From an uncultured delta proteobacterium (GTDB taxonomy: Bacteria > Desulfobacterota > RBG-13-43-22): 64,000 nt of DNA. Of the stretch, positions 29,123-39,127 are shown piece after piece. Position 1 is the first letter of the stretch; each line of letters starts with the position of its first letter. The position numbers were made by a program, and so were the translations under genes. The notes below the pieces were generated by a model. It had not been told where the DNA came from. It searched no databases and saw nothing but the letters and a program-made list of their open reading frames with translations. The DNA is taken from positions 672,001 to 736,000 of the forward strand of contig CAWBOS010000012.1 of the NCBI GenBank assembly GCA_963790475.1. The letters are read 5' to 3'.

Positions 29123-30306
29123 ATATATTATTATTAGCGGCCTGTCCATTTTTTCAAAATCGGGGGACACCGATTGCCATTAAATTAGCGGCCGAGGTCC
29201 TGGCCGGAGCGGGGCATCGCCTTCATATCCTGACCTACCCCGAAGGAGAACCGGTGCCGATTCCCAATGGGACCATGACCAGGATTTCGGCCTTGCCCGG
29301 GGTAAAAAACATCAAGCCCGGACCCTCCTGGAAAAAATTGGTTTATGACCTGGTCATGTTCTTTAGGGTCTTCGGCCTAATCAAGAAAAATCGTTTTGAT
29401 ATCATTCATGCCGTGGAAGAAACGGCCTTCATGGCCCTGGTCATGAAAAAAATATTTCGGATTCCTTTTGTCTATGACCTGGATTCTTCCCTGTCCCAGC
29501 AGATTTCCGAAAAATATGCTTTTTTAAAGCCCCTTAAATCGATTATGCATTTTTTTGAAAAAAAAGCGATCCAGGAAAGTGCCGGTGCCATTGCCGTTTG
29601 CAAGGCCCTGGAAGAGGAGGTCAGACAATACCGGCCTGATAAATTAATTTGCCGGCTGGAGGACATCACCCTCCTTCCGGAGCGCGAAGGGGAAGAGGAC
29701 CATTCCCGCCCGGAGGCTTTCCCGGAACCGGTGATCATGTATGTCGGCAACCTTGAAAAATACCAGGGGATTGATTTGCTTCTGGAAGGTTTTCAAAAGG
29801 CTTTACCGCGAGTGGGGGATGCCCTATTGGTAATCATTGGCGGGGGTGAATCGGAAATCAAACATTATCAGAAACGTGTAGAGGAATTGGGGATGGGGGA
29901 AAGGGTCGTCTTCCTCGGACCAAAGCCTATTTCAGAACTTTCCTACTGGCTGGCCCAGGCCCGGATACTAGTCTCTCCCCGAACGCAGGGGAATAATACG
30001 CCTATGAAAATTTTTTCTTATCTGGATTCCGGAAAACCGGTCCTGGCCACCCGTCTTCCGACCCACACCCAAGTTTTGGATGACGAAATTTCTTGTCTGG
30101 TCGATCCCACGTCAGAGGATATGGCCGAGGGTATGGCGATTTTGATGGAAAACGCTTCACTGAGGGACAAGCTTTCTATGGCGGCTAAAAAGCGAGTTCA
30201 GGAAGAATATTGTTTTGAAGCCTTCCAAAAGAAACTGGTTCATTTTTATAACCAGTTGGAGGCGAGTTTATTAAATTCTCCCTCCCCACGGCCCTCCCGC
30301 TTTTGA
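29119..30306 (+). CDS. Glycosyltransferase family 4
   Basis: MYVGNLEKYQGIDLL, NTPMKIFSYLDSGKPVLAT; start reassigned to ATG 29119. Confidence 0.9.
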   Translation: MNILLLAACPFFQNRGTPIAIKLAAEVLAGAGHRLHILTYPEGEPVPIPNGTMTRISALPGVKNIKPGPSWKKLVYDLVMFFRVFGLIKKNRFDIIHAVEETAFMALVMKKIFRIPFVYDLDSSLSQQISEKYAFLKPLKSIMHFFEKKAIQESAGAIAVCKALEEEVRQYRPDKLICRLEDITLLPEREGEEDHSRPEAFPEPVIMYVGNLEKYQGIDLLLEGFQKALPRVGDALLVIIGGGESEIKHYQKRVEELGMGERVVFLGPKPISELSYWLAQARILVSPRTQGNNTPMKIFSYLDSGKPVLATRLPTHTQVLDDEISCLVDPTSEDMAEGMAILMENASLRDKLSMAAKKRVQEEYCFEAFQKKLVHFYNQLEASLLNSPSPRPSRF

Positions 30307-30450
30307 AGGAGCAGGTAAGGGTGGAGGGTGAGCATATTTTTTCCAGTAGTGAAGTTATATCAAGGGTCTCAAAACGAGCTCTTTATTTGAATATCAAGAA
30401 TATTATGAGATCCTTTTATTTAATTTAAAAGAAGGAGAGGAAGGCAATCC

Positions 30451-31434
30451 ATGCGGGTTTTAGTAACCGGAGGAACAGGTTTTACCGGAAAGGCCCTGGT
30501 CAAAAGGCTCATCGAGGAAGGTCACCAGGTAACGGCCCTGGATTATAAAGAAGGACTGAAAACCGAAGAACTGCGAAAATGGGGTGCCGAAGTCGTTATC
30601 GGCAGTGTCACCGACAAAGCGGTGGTTGAAAAAAGCATTCAAGGGGCGGAGGTGGTGCACCATCTGGCGGCTGCTTTTCGGGAATTAAATGTGCCTGACA
30701 GCTATTATCGTGAGGTCAATGTGGGGGGGACCTCCAACGTCCTGGAAGCGGCCTTTCGCCAGGGGGTTAAAAAATTTATTTATTGCAGCACCTGCGGGGT
30801 CCATGGAAATATCGATCATCCCCCCGGTGGTGAGGATGCCCCGATCCAACCGGCAGATTATTACCAGACCACCAAGTTCGAGGCTGAACCTGTGGTCGGG
30901 GAATATTTCAAGAGGGGGTTGAAGACCGTCATTCTCAGGCCGGCGGCCATTTATGGCCCCGGGGATCCGGAACGGTTTTATATGATCTATAAAAAAGTGG
31001 CCAAAGGAAGCTTCCCCATGTTCGGAAAAGGGAAGACCTATTATCATCCGCTTTACATCGAAAATTTGGTTGATGCCTTTATGCTTTGTATGGAGGAAGG
31101 CAAAGGAGACGGACAGGCTTATCTGATTGCCGATGAGCAATACCTGGAAATAGAGGATCTGGTCCGAAAAGTCGGCCATTCTTTAGGAATTGAAGTCAAG
31201 ATCAACCATTATCCGATTATTCCTCTGATCATTGCCGGTCACCTATTTGAGAAACTCTACAAACCCTTTGGCGCCACTCCACCCATTTTTCCCCGTCGGG
31301 TGGATTGGTATCGTCAAAACAGGGCCTTCAATATAAACAAAGCCAAGAGGGAGTTGGGATATCTGCCTAAAGTCGGGATTGAGGAAGGATTAAGGCTGAC
31401 TGCTGGATGGTATAAAAAGGAAGGGTATCTGTAA
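30451..31434 (+). CDS. NAD-dependent epimerase/dehydratase family protein
   Basis: VTGGTGFTG, YCST, YQTTK (YxxxK), RPAAIYGPGD. Confidence 0.9.
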   Translation: MRVLVTGGTGFTGKALVKRLIEEGHQVTALDYKEGLKTEELRKWGAEVVIGSVTDKAVVEKSIQGAEVVHHLAAAFRELNVPDSYYREVNVGGTSNVLEAAFRQGVKKFIYCSTCGVHGNIDHPPGGEDAPIQPADYYQTTKFEAEPVVGEYFKRGLKTVILRPAAIYGPGDPERFYMIYKKVAKGSFPMFGKGKTYYHPLYIENLVDAFMLCMEEGKGDGQAYLIADEQYLEIEDLVRKVGHSLGIEVKINHYPIIPLIIAGHLFEKLYKPFGATPPIFPRRVDWYRQNRAFNINKAKRELGYLPKVGIEEGLRLTAGWYKKEGYL

Positions 31435-31592
31435 CAGAATCGAGAAGCCGGAATCCAGAAGGCAGAATAGAAAAGACGTTATTTTTAAGATTGTCTTTTT
31501 TGCTCGGGATCAGGACTTGATTAGGATAAATTTTATTCGACCAACGCTGGACGCTCAACGCCGAACGTTTTTTAAACTGAAGGAGCAGCATT

Positions 31593-33452
31593 GTGTGCGG
31601 GATTTTGGGATTTAACTGGCCGGATCGCTCTCTGGGAGAGCGTCTGTGCCAAATATTAAAACACCGGGGACCGGATCAGGAAGGGGTTTTCAGCGAACCG
31701 GGGATTACCCTGGGATTTCGCCGGCTGTCCATCATTGACCTGTCCGAACAGGGCAGTCAGCCCATGCCTAATGAAGATGGGACCATTCAACTGGTTTTTA
31801 ACGGAGAAATCTATAATTTTTTAGAACTTCGTCAGGAATTGGAAAATAAAGGGCATCGGTTCCGAAGCAAAGCGGATTCCGAGGTCATTGTCCATGCCTA
31901 TGAGGAATGGGCCGAGGGGTGTCTCGACCGGCTCCAAGGCATGTTTGCCATCGGGCTTTGGGATCAAAAAGAACAGAGACTCTTTCTGGCCCGGGACCGG
32001 TTAGGGATCAAACCCCTTTATTACTATTTTCGGCAGGGGCGGCTGGCCTTCGCCTCGGAGATCAAGTCCCTTTTGCAGATTCCGGAAATAAACCGGGGGG
32101 TAGATCTTCAAGCCCTGTATTATTATCTGGGGTATGAATTCGTACCCAGCCCCTTGACCATGTTTGAGGGGATTCAAAAACTCCGGCCAGGTCATTATCT
32201 CCAGTTATCCGGGAATGAACTGATTCAAAAATCTTATTGGGACCTCAACCGGCCCGGCACCTCTCTGACCCAGGAGGAGGCGGTTGTCGAACTGCGACGA
32301 CTGCTCCAGGAAACCGTTAAAAGCCATCTGGTCAGTGATGTTCCCTTGGGAGTATTTCTTTCCGGAGGTTTGGATTCCAGCACCCTGGTGGCCTTGATGC
32401 GCCGGTTGGGTGTCAATCCTTTGAAGACCTTTTCTATCGGTTACCCGGACCCCTCCTTCAGTGAATTGCCCTTTGCCGAACTGGTGGCCAAGGAATTTGG
32501 CACCGAACATACGGTGTTGATGATCCCGGAAGTAACCCTGAACGATCTGGAAGAAGCGGTCTGGCATCTTGACGAGCCCATGACCGATCTTTCGGCCCTG
32601 CCCCTTTATTTAGTCTGCCGGGAGGCCAAGAAACATGTAACGGTCTGCCTTTCGGGAGAGGGGGGGGATGAAATCTTCGCCGGCTATGACCGTTTCAAGG
32701 CCAGCAAGGCCGATCAGTTTTACCGCCTTCTACCTGGGCTGATCAGGGAAAAAATTATTTACCCGATCATCGAGGCCCTTCCGGACCGGCCCCAGAAAAA
32801 AGGCCTTATCAATATCATCAAACGGTTTGTAGAGGGCTCCCACTTGCCCTTGGAGGGCGGGCATTTGAGGTGGCAGTATTTTTCTTCGGCCAAGCAGGAT
32901 GCCCGGTTATTTAATGATCGTTTTAAAGGGCTGGTGGAGATGGACCCCTTTGCCCCGGTAAGAGCCCTTAGATCGACCTGGTGTGGAGAGGATCGCTTAG
33001 ACCGGGAGATTTATGTCGATCTGCGCTTCACCATGCCGGATTCGGTCCTGATGAAAGTGGACAAGATGAGTATGGCCCACGCCCTGGAAATCCGGGTCCC
33101 TTTTTTGGATCACCGGTTTGTGGAATTTACGGCCTCCCTCCCCGGCGATTGGAAACTGAAAGGGTTTCGTACTAAAGCTATTTTTCGTCAGGCCTTGAGC
33201 GGCCTGCTCCCCGACCAGATCGTTTGGCGGGGAAAACAGGGGTACAGCCTGCCTATAAAAAACTGGCTCCGTGAGGGGCTCAAAGGGCCCTTGATTACAG
33301 TCCTGAAGGAGTCACCGGTCATCAAAGAATATATGAACGGCCCTTATATTCAGGACCTCATCAACCAGCATATGGCCCGGACCCATAATCACAATCATAT
33401 TCTCTGGGCCTTGTTGAATCTGGGGCTGTGGCATCGGCGTTTTTTCGATTGA
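31593..33452 (+). CDS. asnB: Asparagine synthase (glutamine-hydrolysing)-family amidotransferase
   Basis: N-terminal MCGI, HRGPD, RLSIID, NGEIYN, LSGGLDSS, SGEGGDE, RVPFLDH. Confidence 0.92.
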   Translation: MCGILGFNWPDRSLGERLCQILKHRGPDQEGVFSEPGITLGFRRLSIIDLSEQGSQPMPNEDGTIQLVFNGEIYNFLELRQELENKGHRFRSKADSEVIVHAYEEWAEGCLDRLQGMFAIGLWDQKEQRLFLARDRLGIKPLYYYFRQGRLAFASEIKSLLQIPEINRGVDLQALYYYLGYEFVPSPLTMFEGIQKLRPGHYLQLSGNELIQKSYWDLNRPGTSLTQEEAVVELRRLLQETVKSHLVSDVPLGVFLSGGLDSSTLVALMRRLGVNPLKTFSIGYPDPSFSELPFAELVAKEFGTEHTVLMIPEVTLNDLEEAVWHLDEPMTDLSALPLYLVCREAKKHVTVCLSGEGGDEIFAGYDRFKASKADQFYRLLPGLIREKIIYPIIEALPDRPQKKGLINIIKRFVEGSHLPLEGGHLRWQYFSSAKQDARLFNDRFKGLVEMDPFAPVRALRSTWCGEDRLDREIYVDLRFTMPDSVLMKVDKMSMAHALEIRVPFLDHRFVEFTASLPGDWKLKGFRTKAIFRQALSGLLPDQIVWRGKQGYSLPIKNWLREGLKGPLITVLKESPVIKEYMNGPYIQDLINQHMARTHNHNHILWALLNLGLWHRRFFD

Positions 33453-33547
33453 ACGGAGGATGAAATGCTGGCAAGGGGCAAAAAGATTAAAACCTTTTCA
33501 TCCAATAATTCTCTGCTCTCTGCTCTCTGCCCTTTGCCTGATTTTTT

Positions 33548-34606
33548 ATGATGAAATCCAATTTAAAATCCTACCTCTGGAAGCTGCTGGTCAGTCTGCT
33601 GCTTATTTTGTTTTTACTTCGTTTTGTCAACCAGAAGGAAATGGCCGAACTTCTGAGAAACATCCGCTGGCCTTACCTCTTCGGATATTTCATTCTTAAT
33701 TTTTTCGACCGCCTGATCATGGCCTACAAATGGAAAATTCTTCTGACGGCCAAAGAAATTCCCTGTAGCTGGAAGAAAGTCATCGTAGTTTACTTTAAAG
33801 GTACCTTTTGGGGGAATTTATTCCCTACTTCCCTGGGAGGAGACGCCATTCGCGCCTATGAACTTTCCAGAAACACCAACACCGGGATTGATGTGATCAC
33901 CTCCATTATTATGGAAAGATTCCTTGGGTTTCTTTCTTCGGCGGTCATGGCCATTATGGTCATTCCCTTGCTGTTCTTTATGGTCCCCAATTTTCCGAGG
34001 GTCCTGTTATGGCTCCTGCTAGGTTTCCTTTCCGCCGGGGTGTTATTTCTGGTGCTCCTTATGCGCGGGGGCGGACCACCGGTCTTAAAAAATTGGCTGA
34101 CCAAACTGCCTTGGGCCGGTAAGATTTCCCAAGTTACCTCTTCTTTTGCCCTGTATCGTAATCATCCCCAAGCCTTGGGAAGATTCTTTATGTGGTCCTT
34201 CGGGGAACAACTGGTACCCATCCTGACTCTTTACTTTTTGGTTCTGACACTGGGTCTTCCCGTCCCTTTTTACTATTTGGTTCCTATAATTCCCATCGCC
34301 CAATTTTTTGCCCGGATACCCGTTTCCCTGAGCGGTTTCGGGATCCAGGAAGGACTATTTATCACCTTATTTTCTTTTTTTGGAATTTCAGCGACGGTAG
34401 CCTTTACCCTGGGGTTGGCTTCCAATTTAGGCAACATCTTCGTTGGGCTTCCAGGGGCTTATTTTTATCTCCGAGGTTCACCTGAAAATAACCGCAGGTC
34501 GGAAGACCACCCCCACCCCTTCCCCTCCCGCCCCGCAGGCCCCTCCGAGGCCGGCGACGAGCTCAGCCGAGGCGGGGAGGGTGAGGGAGGGGGGGAGGTT
34601 GCCTGA
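33548..34606 (+). CDS. Lysylphosphatidylglycerol synthase TM domain (UPF0104, flippase-like) protein
   Basis: PTSLGGDAIR, IMERFLG, IPVSLSGFGIQEG; C-terminal tail encoded by a REP-like element. Confidence 0.85.
   Translation: MMKSNLKSYLWKLLVSLLLILFLLRFVNQKEMAELLRNIRWPYLFGYFILNFFDRLIMAYKWKILLTAKEIPCSWKKVIVVYFKGTFWGNLFPTSLGGDAIRAYELSRNTNTGIDVITSIIMERFLGFLSSAVMAIMVIPLLFFMVPNFPRVLLWLLLGFLSAGVLFLVLLMRGGGPPVLKNWLTKLPWAGKISQVTSSFALYRNHPQALGRFFMWSFGEQLVPILTLYFLVLTLGLPVPFYYLVPIIPIAQFFARIPVSLSGFGIQEGLFITLFSFFGISATVAFTLGLASNLGNIFVGLPGAYFYLRGSPENNRRSEDHPHPFPSRPAGPSEAGDELSRGGEGEGGGEVA
34507..34597. repeat. REP-like palindromic element translated as the C-terminus of the 33548-34606 CDS
   Basis: CACCCCCACCCCTTCCCCTCCCGCC..GGCGGGGAGGGTGAGGGAGGGGG; similar to hairpins at 23043, 30278 and 62835. 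Confidence 0.6.
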
Positions 34607-34609
34607 AAT

Positions 34610-35167
34610 ATGGCCTCTCCTTATGGACACGCCTTAGTCGGCTTGGGACTCTTTAATCTTTGTTATCCCCGGTGGAGTGCTTCTCGACTGAAAACCATTC
34701 TGCTTTATGGATTGGTTATCCTGGGGGCTTGTTCCCCTGACCTGGATTTTGTTCCGGGTATGTTATTAGGAAATATCGGCCGATTTCATCATGGGCCTTC
34801 TCACAGCCTGGGGATGGCAATAGGTTTAACTTTGATCGCCGGTGTCTTGGTGACCCTTTTCGGAAAGAGGCCTTCAGTATTAAGAATAACCAGTTTCGTT
34901 TTTATTCTGATTTTTTCCCACCTCGTCCTGGATTATTTTACAGAGGACTTTAATCCTCCCTTTGGTTTTCCTTTGTTTTGGCCTTTGTCGGAGAGCTATT
35001 ATATCTCTCCCTGGTCGATCTTGCCCGCCGTGGAGAGAAATTTGTCAAACCCGGTCATCTGGAGTCAGAGTCTGAAAGTATTCCTGGTCGAAAGTCTTTT
35101 ATTCCTCCCTTTTTTCTTTCTTTCCTTAAGGCTCAGGCGATGTGGAGCAGAAGAGCCTCCCAAATAA
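34610..35167 (+). CDS. Membrane-bound metal-dependent hydrolase (YdjM/DUF457-like)
   Basis: GH, PDLD, HHGPSHS, SHLVLD, LFWP. Confidence 0.85.
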   Translation: MASPYGHALVGLGLFNLCYPRWSASRLKTILLYGLVILGACSPDLDFVPGMLLGNIGRFHHGPSHSLGMAIGLTLIAGVLVTLFGKRPSVLRITSFVFILIFSHLVLDYFTEDFNPPFGFPLFWPLSESYYISPWSILPAVERNLSNPVIWSQSLKVFLVESLLFLPFFFLSLRLRRCGAEEPPK

Positions 35168-35251
35168 AACCTTGACATTTCGGGTCAAACCTTCTACTTT
35201 GCTCAAATATTAAGTAACTTAACAATACTATTAGATAAATAGGAAACCCAT

Positions 35252-36208
35252 TTGGACCTCTCAGTAATTATTCCTTTTTATAACGAAGCCAAAAATATTC
35301 CGATCATTATCGATGAGCTGTTCCGGGCCCTTGAGCCAACGGAGTGGTCTTGGGAAATATTAGCCATCGATGACGGGAGTACAGATTCGACCTTTTCTCT
35401 TTTGAAAGAAGAGGCCCAGCGCCGCAAGCATATCAAAGTGGTGCGCCTTAGAAAGAATTTCGGGCAGACGGCGGCCCTTTCCGCCGGTTTCGATTCGGCC
35501 GAAGGAGACATTATCATCACCATGGACGGCGATTTGCAGAACGACCCCAAGGATATCCCGGCCCTGGTAACCAAGATAGGAGAAGGATACGATATTGTCA
35601 GCGGATGGCGCCAAAAGCGGCAGGATCCTTTTTTCTCCAGGCGACTCCCATCGTTAATAGCCAACAAGATGATCTCTTGGGTCACGGGGGTAAAGCTCCA
35701 TGATTACGGTTGCACCCTGAAGGCCTTTAAAGGGGAGGTGACCAAAAACATCCGTTTGTATGGAGAGTTGCATCGCTTTATACCGGCTGTGGCCAGCTGG
35801 ATGGGAGTGACTATTGCCGAGATACCAGTCAATCACCGGTCCCGTAAGTTCGGGCGCTCCAAGTACGGGATTTCCAGGACCATCCGAGTCCTGTTGGATT
35901 TGATTACCGTAAAATTTTTATCCACCTATTCCACCCGACCTATCCATGTCTTTGGTCTTTGGGGGGTCCTTTCTGGTTTGGCCGGTTTCGTGTTGGCCTG
36001 CTATCTGACCATTCAACGATTATTTTTCGCCATTCCTTTGTCCAACCGTCCCATTCTGCTTTTGGCCATTCTTTTGATCTTTATCGGTATTCAATTCATC
36101 AGTATGGGTCTGTTGGGCGAACTTCAAGTCAGGACCTATCACGAATCCCAAGGGAAACCCATTTATTATATTAAAGAGATCGTTGACAAGAAAGAGTCCC
36201 GGCAATAA
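35252..36208 (+). CDS. Glycosyltransferase family 2, ArnC/GtrB-like polyprenyl-phosphate glycosyltransferase
   Basis: IPFYNE, DDGSTD, NFGQTAA, MDGDLQNDP, HDYGC, LHRFIP; two C-terminal TMs; TTG start. Confidence 0.9.
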   Translation: MDLSVIIPFYNEAKNIPIIIDELFRALEPTEWSWEILAIDDGSTDSTFSLLKEEAQRRKHIKVVRLRKNFGQTAALSAGFDSAEGDIIITMDGDLQNDPKDIPALVTKIGEGYDIVSGWRQKRQDPFFSRRLPSLIANKMISWVTGVKLHDYGCTLKAFKGEVTKNIRLYGELHRFIPAVASWMGVTIAEIPVNHRSRKFGRSKYGISRTIRVLLDLITVKFLSTYSTRPIHVFGLWGVLSGLAGFVLACYLTIQRLFFAIPLSNRPILLLAILLIFIGIQFISMGLLGELQVRTYHESQGKPIYYIKEIVDKKESRQ

Positions 36209-36238
36209 ATACTCTACTTCATTGGGGTATCGTTCAGC

Positions 36239-36859
36239 ATGAAAAAGGATTCAAGGGATCGGAGGTTCATGATTCAAGGCCTGCGCCTGCAGGCCCGCAG
36301 GGCCAGGAGGTTCAAGGTTAATTTGCATCCTTTGTGCCTAAGGGGATTCCTGCTCGTGGCCATGGCGTTGGTTGTTCTTCCTTTGGCTCCGGGCTGCCAG
36401 GAAAAAGAAAAGGCCACGCCAGCCCCTCCTGCGGCTGAATCAAATCCCGTAGAACGAGTTCCCGCCCAGGCAGGTGAGCAAAAGGTTCCAGAAGCCTCGA
36501 CCGGAGCCCAAGCCATGACCTTTCATTCCACCCTGACCAAAGACCTGAATCGCCCGATTCCGGCCGACACTTTTTCCAAAAACGATCGAATCTATTTGGT
36601 GACCGCATGGACCGGCCTCCAGGGGCCTCATGAGATAAAGGTGCTTTGGGTCCGGCCCGATAAAACGGTTCAGGAAACCGTGCGGCTCAAGGAGAATATT
36701 TCTTCCAAAATCCCAACTTATAGCTCCTGGGCTTATCTGTCCTTCACCAAAGGCCTGCTGAACATTTCTCCTGTGGAAGGAAAGTTTATCGGTGCCTGGA
36801 AGGCCCAGCTTTTTTTGGATGGGAAGTTATTAAAGGAATATGACTTTTCGGTTTTCTGA
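36239..36859 (+). CDS. Hypothetical exported protein/lipoprotein
   Basis: Hydrophobic stretch ending APG-C, Pro/Ala linker, GAWKAQLFLDG Ig-like C-terminus; start uncertain. Confidence 0.6.
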   Translation: MKKDSRDRRFMIQGLRLQARRARRFKVNLHPLCLRGFLLVAMALVVLPLAPGCQEKEKATPAPPAAESNPVERVPAQAGEQKVPEASTGAQAMTFHSTLTKDLNRPIPADTFSKNDRIYLVTAWTGLQGPHEIKVLWVRPDKTVQETVRLKENISSKIPTYSSWAYLSFTKGLLNISPVEGKFIGAWKAQLFLDGKLLKEYDFSVF

Positions 36860-36929
36860 ATCTATCCTTACAAACGGAAGCGCGGCTCCAACGAAACATT
36901 CGTACCCGATGAGCGCTGAAGCCGGAGTG

Positions 36930-38741
36930 TCATGCAAAACGCTGGTACTCCGGATAATACATGAGCGACTTGATGTAAGACGCCAAATCGTCTGGCCGCG
37001 GCACACGCGCGAGCCCTCGCTTATAGGCCGTTTCAGCCACCTCGACGGCGATCGCCGTCGAGACGTCCCTGATCTTACGCAGAGACGGATAGACACTTCC
37101 CCGAGACAGATCAGCATAGGACACATGTCGTGACAGGGTCCGGGCGGCAACCAGAAACATTTCGTCCGTGACATATGCGGCACCACAGGCGATGACCCCC
37201 AACCCAATACCTGGAAAGATGTAAACGTTATTCCCTTGAGCGGGGACAAAGGTTTGGTTGTGAACGGTGACCGAATCAAAGGGGCTGCCGCTGGCAAATA
37301 TTGCGCGGCCCTTAGACCAGGTGTAAGCCTCGTAGGCCGTGCACTCGGTCTTGGAAGTCGGATTGGAAAGGGAGAAGACGATTGGCCTTTCATTGATCCT
37401 GGCCATGGCTTCCAGCACTTGTGGCGTGAACATGTGAGGTTTCCCCGAGACCCCGATTATCGCCGTGGGCTTGAGGGCTTCAACACATCCGAGAAGGTCC
37501 GGAATGAACTCATAATCATGGGCATAAGGGAGTTTGCGCTCGTCCAGGTCGGTACGGGACTTCACGACCAGGCCCTTGGAATCCACAAACCAGAATCGCT
37601 CCCTGGCTTCCACTTCTGTAAGCCCCTCATCCACCATGGCCGCAACCATCAAATTACCGGTTCCGGTTCCCGCCTCGCCCGCGCCGAGAAAAAGGATCTT
37701 CTGATCTTTGAGCTTTCCTCCGGTGATGTGTATGGCAGAATAAATACCGGCCAGCGTTACGGAAGCCGTTCCCTGTATGTCGTCATTGAAGCAGCAAATC
37801 CGGTTCTGATATTTCTGCAAGAGGCGAAAGGCGTTGCGGTTGGCAAAATCCTCGAACTGGATGAGAACGCCGGGAAACATCTGCTGAGTGGCGACAATAA
37901 ACTCTTCGATCAGCTCATTATAAGCCTCTCCACGTAGCCGTCGCTGTCTGAGGCCGACATAGAGCGGATCATTGAGCAGGTCTTCGTTTTCCGTGCCTAC
38001 ATCAATAGTCACCGGAAGACCGTGAAAGGGATGAATCCCTCCGCACGCGGTATAGAGAGAGAGCTTCCCGGACGGGATGCCCATGCCGTGAGCTCCGATG
38101 TCTCCAAGGCCCAGGATGCGCTCCCCATCGGTCACCACAATGATACGAATATCGTGGATGCGTGCGCTGCGAAGCAGGCCAGCGATGTTTCCCTTGTCAT
38201 TCGCGGTAATGAACACTCCATGCGGTCTTTGCAGAATATGGCTGTACTCCAGGCAGGCCTGTCCGACCGTAGGGGTGTAGACGATAGGCATCAACTCCTC
38301 GATGTTCTCCAGAATCACCCGGTAAAACAAGGTCATGTTCCGGTCTTGAAGGCCGGCTAGAAAGATATACCGGTCAAGGTCGGTGGGCTTTCTCCTCACG
38401 TTTCCGAGAACCCTGACCAGCTGTTCCTCTATTGTTTGGACCCGGGGCGGTATCAGGCCACGAATGCCCAATGCATCCCGCTCTGCTTTGCTGAAAGCCA
38501 TGCCTTTATTGAAAGCCGGATCCCGCAGGACCGCAATACCGAGAGGAAGCCGAACCATAAGCTCCTTCTTGGCTTTCTTCAGCGGGTCAAGTGACGCTGT
38601 ACCCGGCTTCCCGGTGCCTCCGCTGGCCCCCGGTTGGGACGATTCCGCTACCCCGTTGCTTTTCACTGGATGTTCCATACTCTCCTTCACCCTATCGTTC
38701 GGGTCGTCTGTTGGATTAGGCATGGTATTATTACCTTTCAC
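36930..38741 (-). CDS. maeA: NAD-dependent malic enzyme (MaeA/SfcA type)
   Basis: PIVYTPTVG, VTDGERILGLGD, QFEDF, FNDDIQGT, GAGEAG, LSNPT, QGNNVYIFPG; start may be 38723. Confidence 0.92.
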   Translation of the reverse strand: MKGNNTMPNPTDDPNDRVKESMEHPVKSNGVAESSQPGASGGTGKPGTASLDPLKKAKKELMVRLPLGIAVLRDPAFNKGMAFSKAERDALGIRGLIPPRVQTIEEQLVRVLGNVRRKPTDLDRYIFLAGLQDRNMTLFYRVILENIEELMPIVYTPTVGQACLEYSHILQRPHGVFITANDKGNIAGLLRSARIHDIRIIVVTDGERILGLGDIGAHGMGIPSGKLSLYTACGGIHPFHGLPVTIDVGTENEDLLNDPLYVGLRQRRLRGEAYNELIEEFIVATQQMFPGVLIQFEDFANRNAFRLLQKYQNRICCFNDDIQGTASVTLAGIYSAIHITGGKLKDQKILFLGAGEAGTGTGNLMVAAMVDEGLTEVEARERFWFVDSKGLVVKSRTDLDERKLPYAHDYEFIPDLLGCVEALKPTAIIGVSGKPHMFTPQVLEAMARINERPIVFSLSNPTSKTECTAYEAYTWSKGRAIFASGSPFDSVTVHNQTFVPAQGNNVYIFPGIGLGVIACGAAYVTDEMFLVAARTLSRHVSYADLSRGSVYPSLRKIRDVSTAIAVEVAETAYKRGLARVPRPDDLASYIKSLMYYPEYQRFA

Positions 38742-39127
38742 CTGTTATAATCATATACCTAATATGGCTTCTTTAGTCTCCTGACGATCCAAGGACAACC
38801 GGTAAGAATAAACTTTGATGTTTTAGATCGGCTGGTGGCCATGACTCCTATATCCCCGATCAGGGGGAACAAAAGGTTCACTATTGCGGCCTCTATAGTA
38901 GCGGCTCTTGGAAGCTTCGTCAAAGAGAAAATGGAAATACCATAATTCCGTAACCGTCAATGGAGATACTCACCGATTACTTAAAGCCTTATTTCAAAAA
39001 GCTTGAAAATGGTGTATACTGATAACAGGTAATCAATGTTAAGGGCAAAACGAGATAAGCATATTTATTGGAATATAAACAAGAGGTTAAATTGATTTTT
39101 TTAAGCAAGTAGGGAAGGCAGGTTGTT

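Noticed and set aside
37236-38784. Long antisense ORFs over the malic enzyme gene (and similar ones over other genes)
   Set aside because: Antisense shadows of well-supported genes.
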